From assembly GCF_006345805.1 (NCBI RefSeq), contig NC_042997.1, positions 82,522,001 through 82,586,000 of the forward strand: a stretch of DNA of 64,000 nucleotides, read 5' to 3'. Both the position numbers and the translations under genes were made by a program. The stretch is from Octopus sinensis (taxonomy: Eukaryota). Shown in pieces: positions 24,327 through 34,910 of this stretch (within the stretch, counting starts at the first letter, position 1; every line of letters begins with the position of its first letter). Under the pieces are notes generated by a model. The model did not search any database, had not been told where the DNA came from, and saw only the letters and a list, made by a program, of their open reading frames with translations.

Positions 24327-24359
24327 CAGGCGGCCCGGGTTCGATTCCTGGCATGGGAA
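24327..24359 (+). pseudogene. tRNA-Glu 3'-half pseudogene
   Basis: caggcggcccgggttcgattcctggcatgggaa matches the 3' 33 nt of the gene at 25662-25733, and ~85 bp of downstream flank also match; the 5' half is absent. Confidence 0.85.
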
Positions 24360-24439
24360 CGGCGATACTGTTTTTAGAAAATTAAAATGTACGATTTACG
24401 TTTCTGAAAAAGATCGTCGCTTTCCAAAATAAAAAATTT

Positions 24440-25230
24440 ATAGGCGTAGGAGTGGCCATGTGGTAAGTAGCTTGCTTATGAACCGCATTGTTCCGGGTTC
24501 AGTCCCACTGCGTGGCACTTTGGGTAAGTGTCTTCTACTATAGCCTCAGGCCGACCAAAGCCTTGTAAGTGGATTTGGTAGCCGGAAACTGAAAGGAGCC
24601 CGTCGTATTATATATAACAAAATAATAAATAAAACATATGTATATATACATGCATATATAGGTACAGGACACCAAAAAAACGTCCAATTCAAATTCGAAA
24701 CGCGGAGTAGATGAAACAGAGGCGGCTGAAGAAGGGGAATGTTCCTTGTGTTGTATGTCTTCTACTCTATTTTTTCGTTGTTTAAGAAAAATGTCCATTT
24801 CCTTGGTTTTGTGTTTGTTTTCGTTTCTCATTGTATTGGACGTTTTTTGGGTGTCCTGTACCCATATATGCATGTATATATATACATATAGATGTAGGTA
24901 CGTACATATATGTATGTATATATGCATATGTTTTATTTATTATTTTGTTATTATATGGTAGAACGCACGCATCCACTTCTAAGTAAGTTTTATATATATG
25001 TATGTGTGTGTGTGTATATGTTTGTGTGTCTGTGTTGTCACCCCAACATCGCTTGACAACTGATGCTGGTGTGTTTACGTCCCCGTAACTTAGCGGTTCG
25101 GCAAAACAGACCGATAGAATAAGTACTAGGCTTCCAAATAATAAGTCCTGGGGTCGATTTGCTCGACTAAAGGCGGTGCTCCAGCATGGCTACAGTCAAA
25201 TGACTAAAACAAGTAAAAGAGCAAAGAGAG
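24440..25230 (+). mobile_element. SINE family 1 copy split by an insertion in its central microsatellite
   Basis: Head 24440-24606, tail ~24990-25230. Confidence 0.85.
24607..24960. mobile_element. Inverted-repeat element, probably a Penelope pLTR remnant
   Basis: 24608-24688 is the reverse complement of parts of 24833-24956; the core has ctgaagaagggg..., resembling PLE terminal sequence. The PLE assignment is an inference. Confidence 0.5.
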
Positions 25231-25661
25231 TATATACCCATTTTATCGAAAGTTATGACGGAAAAATTGGACCTTGTGAATTTTCCGAAAGTCCTTTCCT
25301 CACCCCACCAGGGTCGTTAGCGCAAATCTTTTTTTCAAATTCGTTTTCTACATACATCCAGCCGGCTGGCTTATTATTTTTCTTTTGTTCTCGGGTGAAA
25401 ATACTTATATTGATCTATTTTCCTCGTAGTCTCGAGTGGTTATTTTGCTGTCGCTACAAAAACATATCAAAAGACATCGTAAGCATATAAGAATTATGAG
25501 CTTGTCATAATAAACGTCGTAACGTGTATTGCATCATAATCATTATCAGTTTAGAATTATAGTACACAACGTATAACGACTAGAAAAATAACTAAAAGAA
25601 ACAGTTTTTAAGCTGCTCGATATTAATATTTAAATTATAATGTTGAGGTTTTGAATCGTCA

Positions 25662-25733
25662 TCCCATGTGGTCTAGTGGTTAGGATTCCTGGCTTTCACC
25701 CAGGCGGCCCGGGTTCGATTCCCGGCATGGGAA
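25662..25733 (+). tRNA. trnE-TTC: tRNA-Glu (anticodon TTC)
   Basis: 72 nt; acceptor stem TCCCATG/CATGGGA with discriminator A, anticodon arm CCTGG-CTTTCAC-CCAGG, T arm CCGGG-TTCGATT-CCCGG, A/B boxes intact, T4 about 11 nt downstream. Confidence 0.96.
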
Positions 25734-26624
25734 CGGCATTATTGTTTTAGAAATTAAAAGGTACAATTTATGTTTCTGAGAGAGATCGTTGCTTCCCACA
25801 GAAAAATTTTGATTTTTAAAAAATTATGTAGGGGAACAGGGGACTTACCTTTTGAAGTCGGCGTAAAGCGAAGGAGACACAATTGGTGCGTGTGTTGACG
25901 GGCTGTGCGAGACAGAAAGTGGTGTGTATGGGAAGTTGTTTTGTTAGTGTGTGAAGAGACACAGAGGCAATGGATGTATGTGTATTGATGGGGTTTGCCA
26001 GACAGAAAGTGTGTGTATATGAAGGTGTTTTACTGGTGTGTGTGTGACTGAGAGAGAGATAACTGAATTTTTTAATTATTTACTTTTTGTAGTGAAAGAA
26101 TATGTGAGTGATTGATAGAGAAAAAGAGAGAGTTGTTATGTATGTATGTATGTAGGTAGGTAGGTAGGTATGTATGTATGTATGTATGTTTGTATGAATG
26201 TATGTATGTGTTTATGGCTAGCTTCAGTGACACACACACACTACGTGCGTACACCTATTGCATACATGTTCTTTGTACGCATACACGTTCATGTGCATGT
26301 GTGTAAGAGAGAGAGAGAGAAGGTATGTTTTTTGCTTGTTGTTTGCATGTATGTTGCCTCTCTGCGTCTACACATACACACACTAACAAAACATCTTCAC
26401 ATACAAGCGCCAATAAAATTATTTTACGGAAAGCTACAATCTTTTTCAGACACATAAACAAAAGCACGTGTTTTATAAGTGACGTAAATTGTACTAAAAA
26501 CGTAACGAAAGATTGCCTTGGGCCATCTTATGCATTTGGGAAGCTTTTCCAGAATACCCGATAAAAATTATGGTCATAATAAACGATCGGATCTTTTCTA
26601 TTCTGAAGCCAGGACCACAGATCT

Positions 26625-28772
26625 TTCTAAGCCGGGGAGTGGTGACGCTAATCCAGAAAGACCCGAGCAAGGGGGATAACATTAGTAACTACAGGCCCAT
26701 AACTCTACTTAATGTAGAGTTAAAGATTTTGGCCAAGGTGTTGGCAAAAAGGTTGACGGTTGTCGTGGAGAAACTTGTAGGGAGAGCACAGACATGTGCA
26801 ATTCCAGGCAGGTCGATCCAGGACAACCTTCACCTTATACGCTACACCTTAGATAGGGTGGGTAAATTAGCCGGCAAAGGCGGGGTAATGGTCCATTTAG
26901 ACCAAAGTAAAGCCTTCGATAGGGTAGACCATGGGTACCTGGCGACGGTCCTCGAAGCGGCTGGGCTGGGCCCTGAATTTCGCGGGTGGATCTCCGCTAT
27001 GTATAGCGGCATCAAGTCCACCGTCCGGATAAACGGTTACCTAACGGAACCGTTTTCGATCGAGTGTTCAGTGCGTCAGGGGTGCCCCTTGTCACCACTT
27101 TTGTACGTATTGGCTCTTGAGCCATTGCTGCGAAAGTTGGAGAGGCTAGGGAGTAACTCGGATGAAATCGGAGGTGGGAGGACGGTTACCGCTTATGCGG
27201 ATGACGTCACCCTCATCGTGTCCAAAGAGGCCCAACTACCTTGTGTAGAGGAGGCTATCAGAGGATACGAGGCGGTGGCAGGAGCAAAGGTTAACAAGGA
27301 CAAATCGGTTGGCTTGCGCCTCGGCACCTGGAGGAGCAAGTCGATATCGTCCAGTGTCGTGGGACACTGGACGGATGGCCCTGTTAAGTTGCTGGGAGTT
27401 TGGTTTGGGCCAGACTCCCAAACGGAGAAGAACTGGAGTGAGGTGACAAGCAAGGTGGAAGCCGTAGTACGGACCTGGTCCGGAAGGTTTCTGTCCTTGA
27501 AAGGAAAGGCGGAGGTGGTGCAGATGTTCATTGCATCTGTAATCACCTACCGCCTGACCGTTGTCCCTTGCCCCGATTCATGGCTTAACAAGTTGGGGCG
27601 AATCCTTTTCCGCTTTTTGTGGAAAGGAGGAAAGCCACTTGTGAGGCGCTCCGTTTGCTGCCAGGAACCGTTAAAGGGTGGGTTAGGAATGCCTTGGTTG
27701 ATGATGCGCAGACATGCGTTGAGGCTAAGGCATCTCTGGCACCACCTGGAAGGTGATAAGGTGTGGAGTCCGCTGGCAGGAGGATTTTTCCCGAGACCGG
27801 CCTCCTTAGTGAATTTTAAACCCGGTTACATCAAAAGATGGAAACTGACTCCATGGCAAAAGGAGTGCCGACAGGCACTCACGCTGATCCACAAGGCGGG
27901 CAAGGCCGGCTGCGGAAATACCACCTCGGTATTTTATAGAGGGCTGGTAGAGGCAAAAAACGACGACGTCCTAGGAGGGGCTCTGGGGTTTGACGAAGAC
28001 CAGCTTACCAACCTGTTTAAAAAAACTTTCAGGTCGGGGTATTTGGATAATTTCCAAAGATCCCTGGCCTGGCAGTGCTATAGGAATGCTTTACCTGTTC
28101 GCGAGAAGTTATCGCGGCACGGAGTTTCAGTGCCACCGACGTGTCCAAGGTGCGAGTTGGACGATGAAACCGTCCAGCACGCTTTTGTTCACTGTCGGAA
28201 GTTGTCCGACTTGATAAGTTACGCAGAACACGTGTTATCGCATCTGGGACGAGTACAGCTGTCGGCTGAGTCTATGATTAAGATGATACCGCCAACTGGA
28301 CTCTCGAAGGAAGGTGAGGCATGTTTTCACTGCACGGTTGCAGTAGTAAAAGAATGCATGTGGAGAACAAGGATGGAAGGAGCCGCGATAGGATCCTTTG
28401 TCTCCGGCCCCGGCTTGCTCACTTACTTCAGATATCATCTGAAGAGCAAAATGGGGCTGGAAAAGAGGATCTTACCACGGGGTGTGTATGAGAAAAGATG
28501 GAAGGAAGTGGAAAAAAAGGTGGGTGTCAGAAACCCAGCTTGACCATGGATGAGAGAGAGGAAATAAAAGCTGCAGGGCCTCATAAATTGCCGGGGTGTA
28601 AAAACTCCAGTGAGATTATAAGTTCATGTACTGTTGTTTGTTCTACTGGTTATGTAAAGGACATTTATGTTATAATGAATAACCCAAATGTAAATGAAAA
28701 TTTTTAAACGAATCTCTTAAATGTTTTTTGTATGTATGTCTGTGTAATCGATTTTTATAATCATAATAAAGA
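26625..28772 (+). mobile_element. 5'-truncated Tx1/L1-clade LINE with an uninterrupted RT and C-terminal zinc-finger frame (26630-28543)
   Basis: YRPITLLNVELKILAK, LDQSKAFDRVDH, SVRQGCPLSPLLY, AYADDVT, LLGVWF, CPRCELDDETVQHAFVHC; ~640 codons without a stop; 3' UTR ends aataaagaaa. Confidence 0.93.
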
Positions 28773-29384
28773 AATAACTTAACTAAATAATCTGAAACTT
28801 CGTATGCTGATAGAGTCTAGCAAAACAAGACACAGGTTGGAACTAGTTTATTTGAGAAAAATCTATTTTATGACTTTAATCGTAGATTAAAACTGCGAAT
28901 TTTAACCAATCAGATTGTTTGTTTTCATATGTAAAACTTGACTGCATTCTATTAGTGTGACGTAGAAAGCGCTTTTGTGACGTACTAACGTTCGGAAAAC
29001 TGTAAACAAACACGGCAGACGAAATACGGCTACGCATTTCGCCCGGCGTGCTAACGTTTCTGCCAGCTATTTGCTTTTTTAATATTAAATTTCGGCGAAG
29101 TTTCGCTTGTCGTAGCACAAGTTTTCCGTCGATTTCCGTAAAAAACTTTTATTTTTTTACATAAGTAATGAGAGCGAAAGAGACTAAGAGGAAGCGATTT
29201 TATGACGAGGGAAGTTTGTCTTTGAAGTTACCGTCTAGGGGAAGCATTGATGTACATGTGTGTGTGTGTGTGTGTGTTTGATGGGGTGTGGGAGACAGTA
29301 TGTTGTGTAAGTGAAGTGCTTCTGTTAGTGTGTGTGAAGAGACAGAGAGAGTAATGTGTGAAAGAGAGAGATAACTGAAATTTT

Positions 29385-30510
29385 TTATATCCTGGGTGAT
29401 ATGGCTTCCAGCTCAACTTCTCTCCCCTGCTCCATAACCAGCAAGAGGCTCTTTCTGCTGCCTCTCCCATACTGTACACAGCCACCCTTTGCTCTCTTCC
29501 TCTCATTCCAACGGCTGTAAGCATCCTCCGTACTGACTGGGCCGGGAAGTGAAATTTTTTTCCCACGAGAGTTCCGGATCCCAGTATTGAACTCAATTGC
29601 ATACAGCCAATCAGAGCTCACCTTGACTATATCAAGTTAACAAACACTACCAAGTAAATTCATGATGAAGAACGGTGTTGTGAGTCGACCGATCGCCTGA
29701 TTTTAGGAGACAAGTAATTAGATAGATTTGCATCTATGTCAATTATCGGATTTTGTTAGGGCCCCATATGGTAAAGATGTGGATGGGAAAAATGTGGGTA
29801 GAGGGTGATGTGCTAGCAACCCTCTCCCCTTACTGTTTTAGATTGTAAACAACAACACAAATAACTAAGCAAGGGCAACCATGGTTGAAACAAGAACAAG
29901 AACAACAGGCATTATTAAAAGAGAAAAGAAGCATGGTCATTTGTTAACCAAATGACCTTATCGCCCATCACTTGTTATGTGCTCATGAATTAGTTTGATA
30001 GTTGAGCTCTGATTGGCTGTATGCAAATGAGTTCATAACTGGGGTCTGGAACTCTTGTGGGGAAAAAAAATTCGTGGCTGGGAATCTCCTACAGCCAACC
30101 TCAACTGGGAAAAGTCATGACTACCATCCCTTCTCTCTGCAATTCTGCAGAAGGCTCTTGTACATGGCATGTTTCAATTCATAGGCTTTATCACACCCTT
30201 CTTCCTATGGGACTGTAAACCCATTCAAGATTATTTGCCTTGCCATTTCACACCATAAAGCTATATTTGGCTTCAGGGTTGTATGGACGACCTGGGGAAA
30301 CTGCAGTCTTTCCCCAGGATTACTTTCATATCTCATAATTGGGATCCATGAAGTAAGTTATTTGTCCTTTTTAGCTGTCCTCATTGGCTTTTCACCTTCT
30401 TTCACAAACTTGATTGCTGCAGTTGTTTTCCCCTGATGATGGTGTTTCTTGAGTCTTTTCTGTTCTAGGGTTGAGCGAGTGTTGCAAGCACCTTGTTTTG
30501 GCTCAATCTT
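29385..30510 (-). mobile_element. HERO-like RLE LINE 3' fragment, split by a MITE
   Basis: NKVLATLAQ, IKFVKEGEK, LQFPQVVHTTLKPNI, TVP..EG, FPVEVGCRGFPA (to 30076) continuing as FPAQSVRRMLTAVG...AAERASCWLW (29548-29400). The clade name is from motif recognition. Confidence 0.75.
29549..30075. mobile_element. MITE with ~72-bp TIRs and a 9-bp TSD (MULE- or Merlin-like)
   Basis: TIRs at 29549-29620 and 30003-30075; flanking ggccgggaa (29540-29548) and ggctgggaa (30076-30084); no coding capacity. Confidence 0.82.
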
Positions 30511-30689
30511 ACTGGCAAGTATTTGTTTTGAAATATTTTTGCTTTGGCTTGTAATATTCGGGATTCTTGATAATTTCCTTCTTTGACTAAAAGAAAATGC
30601 TTCAAATTTTTTCTATTATATTTATTTATGAATAAAATTTTGAGCGTTACTGACTGTTCATGCCTCCTCCTACTCCTCCTTCTTCTTAT

Positions 30690-31245
30690 CATTATTATTA
30701 TTATTATTTCATATACATTCAACAGATTAGACTTTTGGAAAAGAAAAGAATCCTAACATTGGGCTACAACAAGTAGCCTTAGATGCCAAGAACCCTCCTA
30801 TTGGGTTACAACAAGTAAATGTAAATGCCAAGAACCCTCCTAAGTATCCTTGCTGTCCCTAATAACTGTTTCCTGCAGCTGTACTAAACTGGGTTTTATG
30901 CTTATTTCCTCTATCCATCTGTTCAGATCTTTAGGGATAGTTCCCAATGTACCTATAACTACTGGGATACATTTTACCTGCACTTTCCATAGACTATAAT
31001 TCAATAGCTAGGTCCTGGTACTTCTATTTTTTCTATACCTCTGTACTATGTATAAGATGAGGTGATGGTAACCTGTATTGCCATTTTGGAAAATGCAATC
31101 AATGTTGATATAGATATGTGATACAGGTACCATTAAACTCCTGTAAATACTTATTGGAGTCATTTGAGTACTTGCCATCCCATCATATATGTTATCACAA
31201 TGAGGACTAGCTAGGCAAAAATGGTGAAATGCTGTTGGAAGATTC
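30690..31245 (-). mobile_element. R4/Dong-like LINE 3' fragment (same family as 8801-10120)
   Basis: Reverse complement of 9800-10120 (VKCIPVVIGTLGTIPKDL..; caacagattagac 3' UTR); (TAA)n tail; local ~40-bp duplication at 30760-30840. Confidence 0.78.
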
Positions 31246-31250
31246 TTTAA

Positions 31251-31471
31251 CCCTTTTGTTACTGTATTTATTTTGAGATGCTCTATGTTTCTTTCAATTA
31301 TTTTAAATATAACAAAGAATTTAGTAAAATAACTTAGTTATCATTAAGCTAGTCCTAGGAACATAAATTGTGTCTAAGATTTGGTGGAAGATTTTAATTG
31401 AAAACTTATGAAAACAAGACATTTATATTACAGAGCCAAAGCCGGTTTTAGCTGGGTTGGTAATGAAAGGG
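31251..31471. mobile_element. TTAA-flanked MITE (piggyBac-like)
   Basis: ttaa|cccttttgttac ... gtaatgaaaggg|ttaa; related copy at 61150-61357. Confidence 0.78.
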
Positions 31472-32303
31472 TTAATGTATTAAATCCCTTTATATCTATG
31501 TGACCGAAAAAATAAACACTTGGGGTGTCTCAAAAACTTTTAGAAGGAAACACTAATATTCCCTACTGAGTGTATGATTGAAAGACTGTGTATTTCTTTC
31601 TTCCTTTCAGTTACTGTCCATTTACTTTTGTAAATTGTATTCTGTAGCATATTTATAATTAAATCTGCCTTGCTACTGATGAAACAATCCCACACTGATA
31701 CTGGACAATTTTCCTCTGCTGATGATATATTTCTGTGATTATATTTTTTACCCTATACATTTCTAAGAAATGCTATCTAGAGATGCATATTCAGTTTACC
31801 AGGCTCTCAACGATGTATACAATTTAAGTATAACACACAGATTGCTATTTTGAACTATTATAGCTTCTATAGTTCATAATGGATTTTAATTTAGCCTACC
31901 AGTCAACTTCTATATCAGTGGCGGTTAAAATTTGTCTCAGCATATGGTTTCTAGTGGATACTTGCTTCTGATGAAACCCAAGGAGGCAGAAATAGGCATT
32001 TAGCAATGTCACCACTGCGGCAAGTCGATTTTTGCCCGCTCCTCATTTATTTCTGTGTTTTAAATGCTATGCATCTATAAGAGAAATACTTAAGTTTACC
32101 GATGTAATCAACTTGCCCCTTCCCACAAAATTTCAGGCCTTTTACTTATACTAGAAAGGAGCGCCTACCTTGATTAAAATAGATCGGTAGCAGCATTTTC
32201 CTTTTATGGCAAAGTATACACCTAATTCAATCAAATTATGAATGTTACTCTGATTACTATGCATAAAATGCAAAATATTTTTTTTTGTAGAATTATTTTT
32301 TTG

Positions 32304-32700
32304 TAGGCATAGGAGTGGCTGTGTGGTAAGTAGCTTGCTTACGAACCACATGGTTCCGAGTTCAGTCCCACTGTGTGGCACCTTGGGCAAGTGTCTTCTA
32401 CTATAGCCTTGGGCTGACCAAAGCCTTGTGAGTGGATTTGGTAAATGGAAACTGAAAGAAGCCCGTCGTATATATATATGTATATGTGTGTTTGTGTGTA
32501 TTTGTTCCCAACCCAACATCGCTTGACAACCGATGCTGGTGTATTTACGTCTCCGTAACCTAGCGGTTCGGCAAAAGTGTCCGATAGAATAAGTACTAGG
32601 CTTACAAAGAATAAGTCCTGGGGTCGATTTGCTCGACTAAAGGCGGTGCTCCAGCATGGCCACAGTCAAATGACTGAAACAAGTAAAAGAGTAAAGAGTA
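32304..32700 (+). mobile_element. SINE family 1 copy just upstream of PNPO
   Basis: Full head, body and (gagtaaaa) tail. Confidence 0.88.
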
Positions 32701-33103
32701 TTAGGTAGTCATAATTCACCCCTGCTTTTCAATCTCAGTATTTAAGCTATGCATAGTACTGTTGTAGTACACCTGCACTCTACAACACCGTTTTCTTTAC
32801 GTGCTATAAAGGCAGAAATAAATCTGCCTTCGACTCAGTCGCACGCCTGTATTTCGCTTATTTTTTGTTTTACTACATCAACTGCCTACCCTGAGTAATT
32901 ACTAACGGCATGTGCCTGATACACACACACATACATATGCGCGCACACACACGTTGCATTAAAAGATAAACAAGTTTGTTGCTTTTGGTAAAATTTAATT
33001 ATGCGCATCGAACACAATAACAGTAGGTGTGTCTTTGCCTTATTTGGACAAGGAACAGTTAACTTTCGAAAAGTGTCACAGTTACTAAGTTCATCATCAC
33101 ACC

Positions 33104-33470
33104 ATGGTACATACTGTGACTGTCTCCTTTGGAGTTCGTAACGTGTTATCTCGTTCTTATAACATTACTTCGAATCCTTCGAAGTGGTACAACATTAACT
33201 GGAAGTGTTATTTTGCGTTTTATGTGCCATTGTGGACGCCTAGCTGGTCGATCGAAATCAGTGATAGTAGTAAAAATATTTGTTTGAATACGGTAAATAG
33301 TTCAAGAAAATTGACCTCGAGTAACCTTTATCAATATCAAATTATCAATTTCGATCACGACTTGGCTATTAACTCTTCTTATATTAACAGATCACGAATT
33401 TCAACTGCTAAATTAAGCAAGCTTTTCCACCCTTTCACTGTACAGAAAAAAATGCTTTCGGACAGAAAAG
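33104..33470 (+). CDS. PNPO: PNPO coding exon 1 (long N-terminal extension)
   Basis: accATGG Kozak; 367-nt open frame ending AAAG|gtaggt in phase 1, exactly the phase the next exon needs; second in-frame ATG at 33452. Not homologous to the core, so assigned by phase and context. Confidence 0.68.
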
Positions 33471-34910
33471 GTAGGTGGAAATATAATTATATACACAAAT
33501 ACATGTGTACGTGTGCTTAAACCTGTGTGTTGTGGGAATTTGTCGCTATATTACACACCATGTAAACAGTATGTTATCAAATGAATATTTTGCCTTATGT
33601 CGCACTAGCTAGAAGAGCCAACGAGAGAGAACGTTCACATTGTCGCGCTACATGCTAGAAATAGCAACCAAATCGTTTCCAAATCACACCTTACTGTTTT
33701 AGAAAAACGCCTATTTGATAATGTTGTTCAAAATTCCCTGTATATAAGAAGGAAAAAAAACAAAAACGGGGTGATCATAGCTGCTATGCGTTTGAATTTA
33801 GGCCTACGCGATCAAGGCTGATCTTGGGCTTGTTACGATAAACAAAACCGACATCTTTTTTATGACATCTCAGTTTCCGTACAAACGTATTTTTTCTTCT
33901 TCTGTAATTCATTAATAGCAAACATGGTCGTGCTTTTTTCACTGGATCCTTCAAAACTATTTCGTCTCTTTGTATTTTGAGTTCAAGCTCTACTGTTGTC
34001 AACTTTGCCTTTCATTCTTCCAGAGCTAATGTAATAAATTACTAGTTATATACGCTATAATTGACTATATCCCTTTCTCACCAGTGTTCTCGTATTACAT
34101 ATTAGAAATAAATATTTACTAATGTACAAGGACACAAATTGAGGCCACATAAAAAAAAGTCTTGACATGCATCAGGTTATATTGCATCTTACATATGTTT
34201 CTAAGACTCGTGTAAAATGCATTCCAATCGTGATCATCTTTTTCCATATGGTTTTTTAGGAACTTTGTCTGTGGGCACTTTCTAATTTGACTGGACAAAA
34301 TTTTGTCTATAAGTGAGTGGTTTCCCTATAATTGGTGCACTAAGCATTTCCTCAATTCCCCCTTTCTAGGACTGCAACCCTCTGAATTGCTCGCCCTGTT
34401 CACATTTGCAAAAGTTACATTCAATTAACCTTACAAATCTTGAAAAGAATATAGTTCCGGGCTCTTGCTTTCTTCTTCAGACTGAAAAATTATCTAAAAT
34501 ACATTCACCTGTAGAGCAAGTGTACAAATTGCCTTGGCATCCTTGTAATTGAATCATTCACCCTTGTAACATATAATATGAATTTCATGAAGTTATCTGC
34601 TAATAGTATACCTTTGTCCAAGCCTTGATTTGCTAGAAATAGCAGCCAAATTTCCCCATCATGTACTGAGAGAAAGCTTTGAATAGTACAGACTGGATGG
34701 TCATAGCTAGAACTATTTTGCTCGTATCTAATCAACCCGAGTTGATCTGGGGGTAAACAACAACCCTAAAGAATTTACAACTTTGCTCGTTATTGGTATT
34801 AATTTGGTTGCTGCATCTTATGAACATATATTCTTCACTTAACACATTTCAAATCATATACATCTTTATTTCTCTTCATCTCTGCCAGAACGTGTGTGTG
34901 TATGCATTTA

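Noticed and set aside
24300-24360. Half tRNA as the footprint of a tRNA-splitting (Dada-type) transposon
   Set aside because: No 5' half, TSD or transposase upstream; the flanks fit a deletion in a duplicated unit.
25836-25860. acttacct resembling the U1 snRNA 5' end (possible Tx1 target)
   Set aside because: The match does not extend; no U1 stem-loops or Sm site.
29590-30030. Divergent CCAAT plus octamer motifs suggesting an H2A/H2B histone promoter
   Set aside because: No histone ORF on either side; the motifs are the two TIRs of a MITE.
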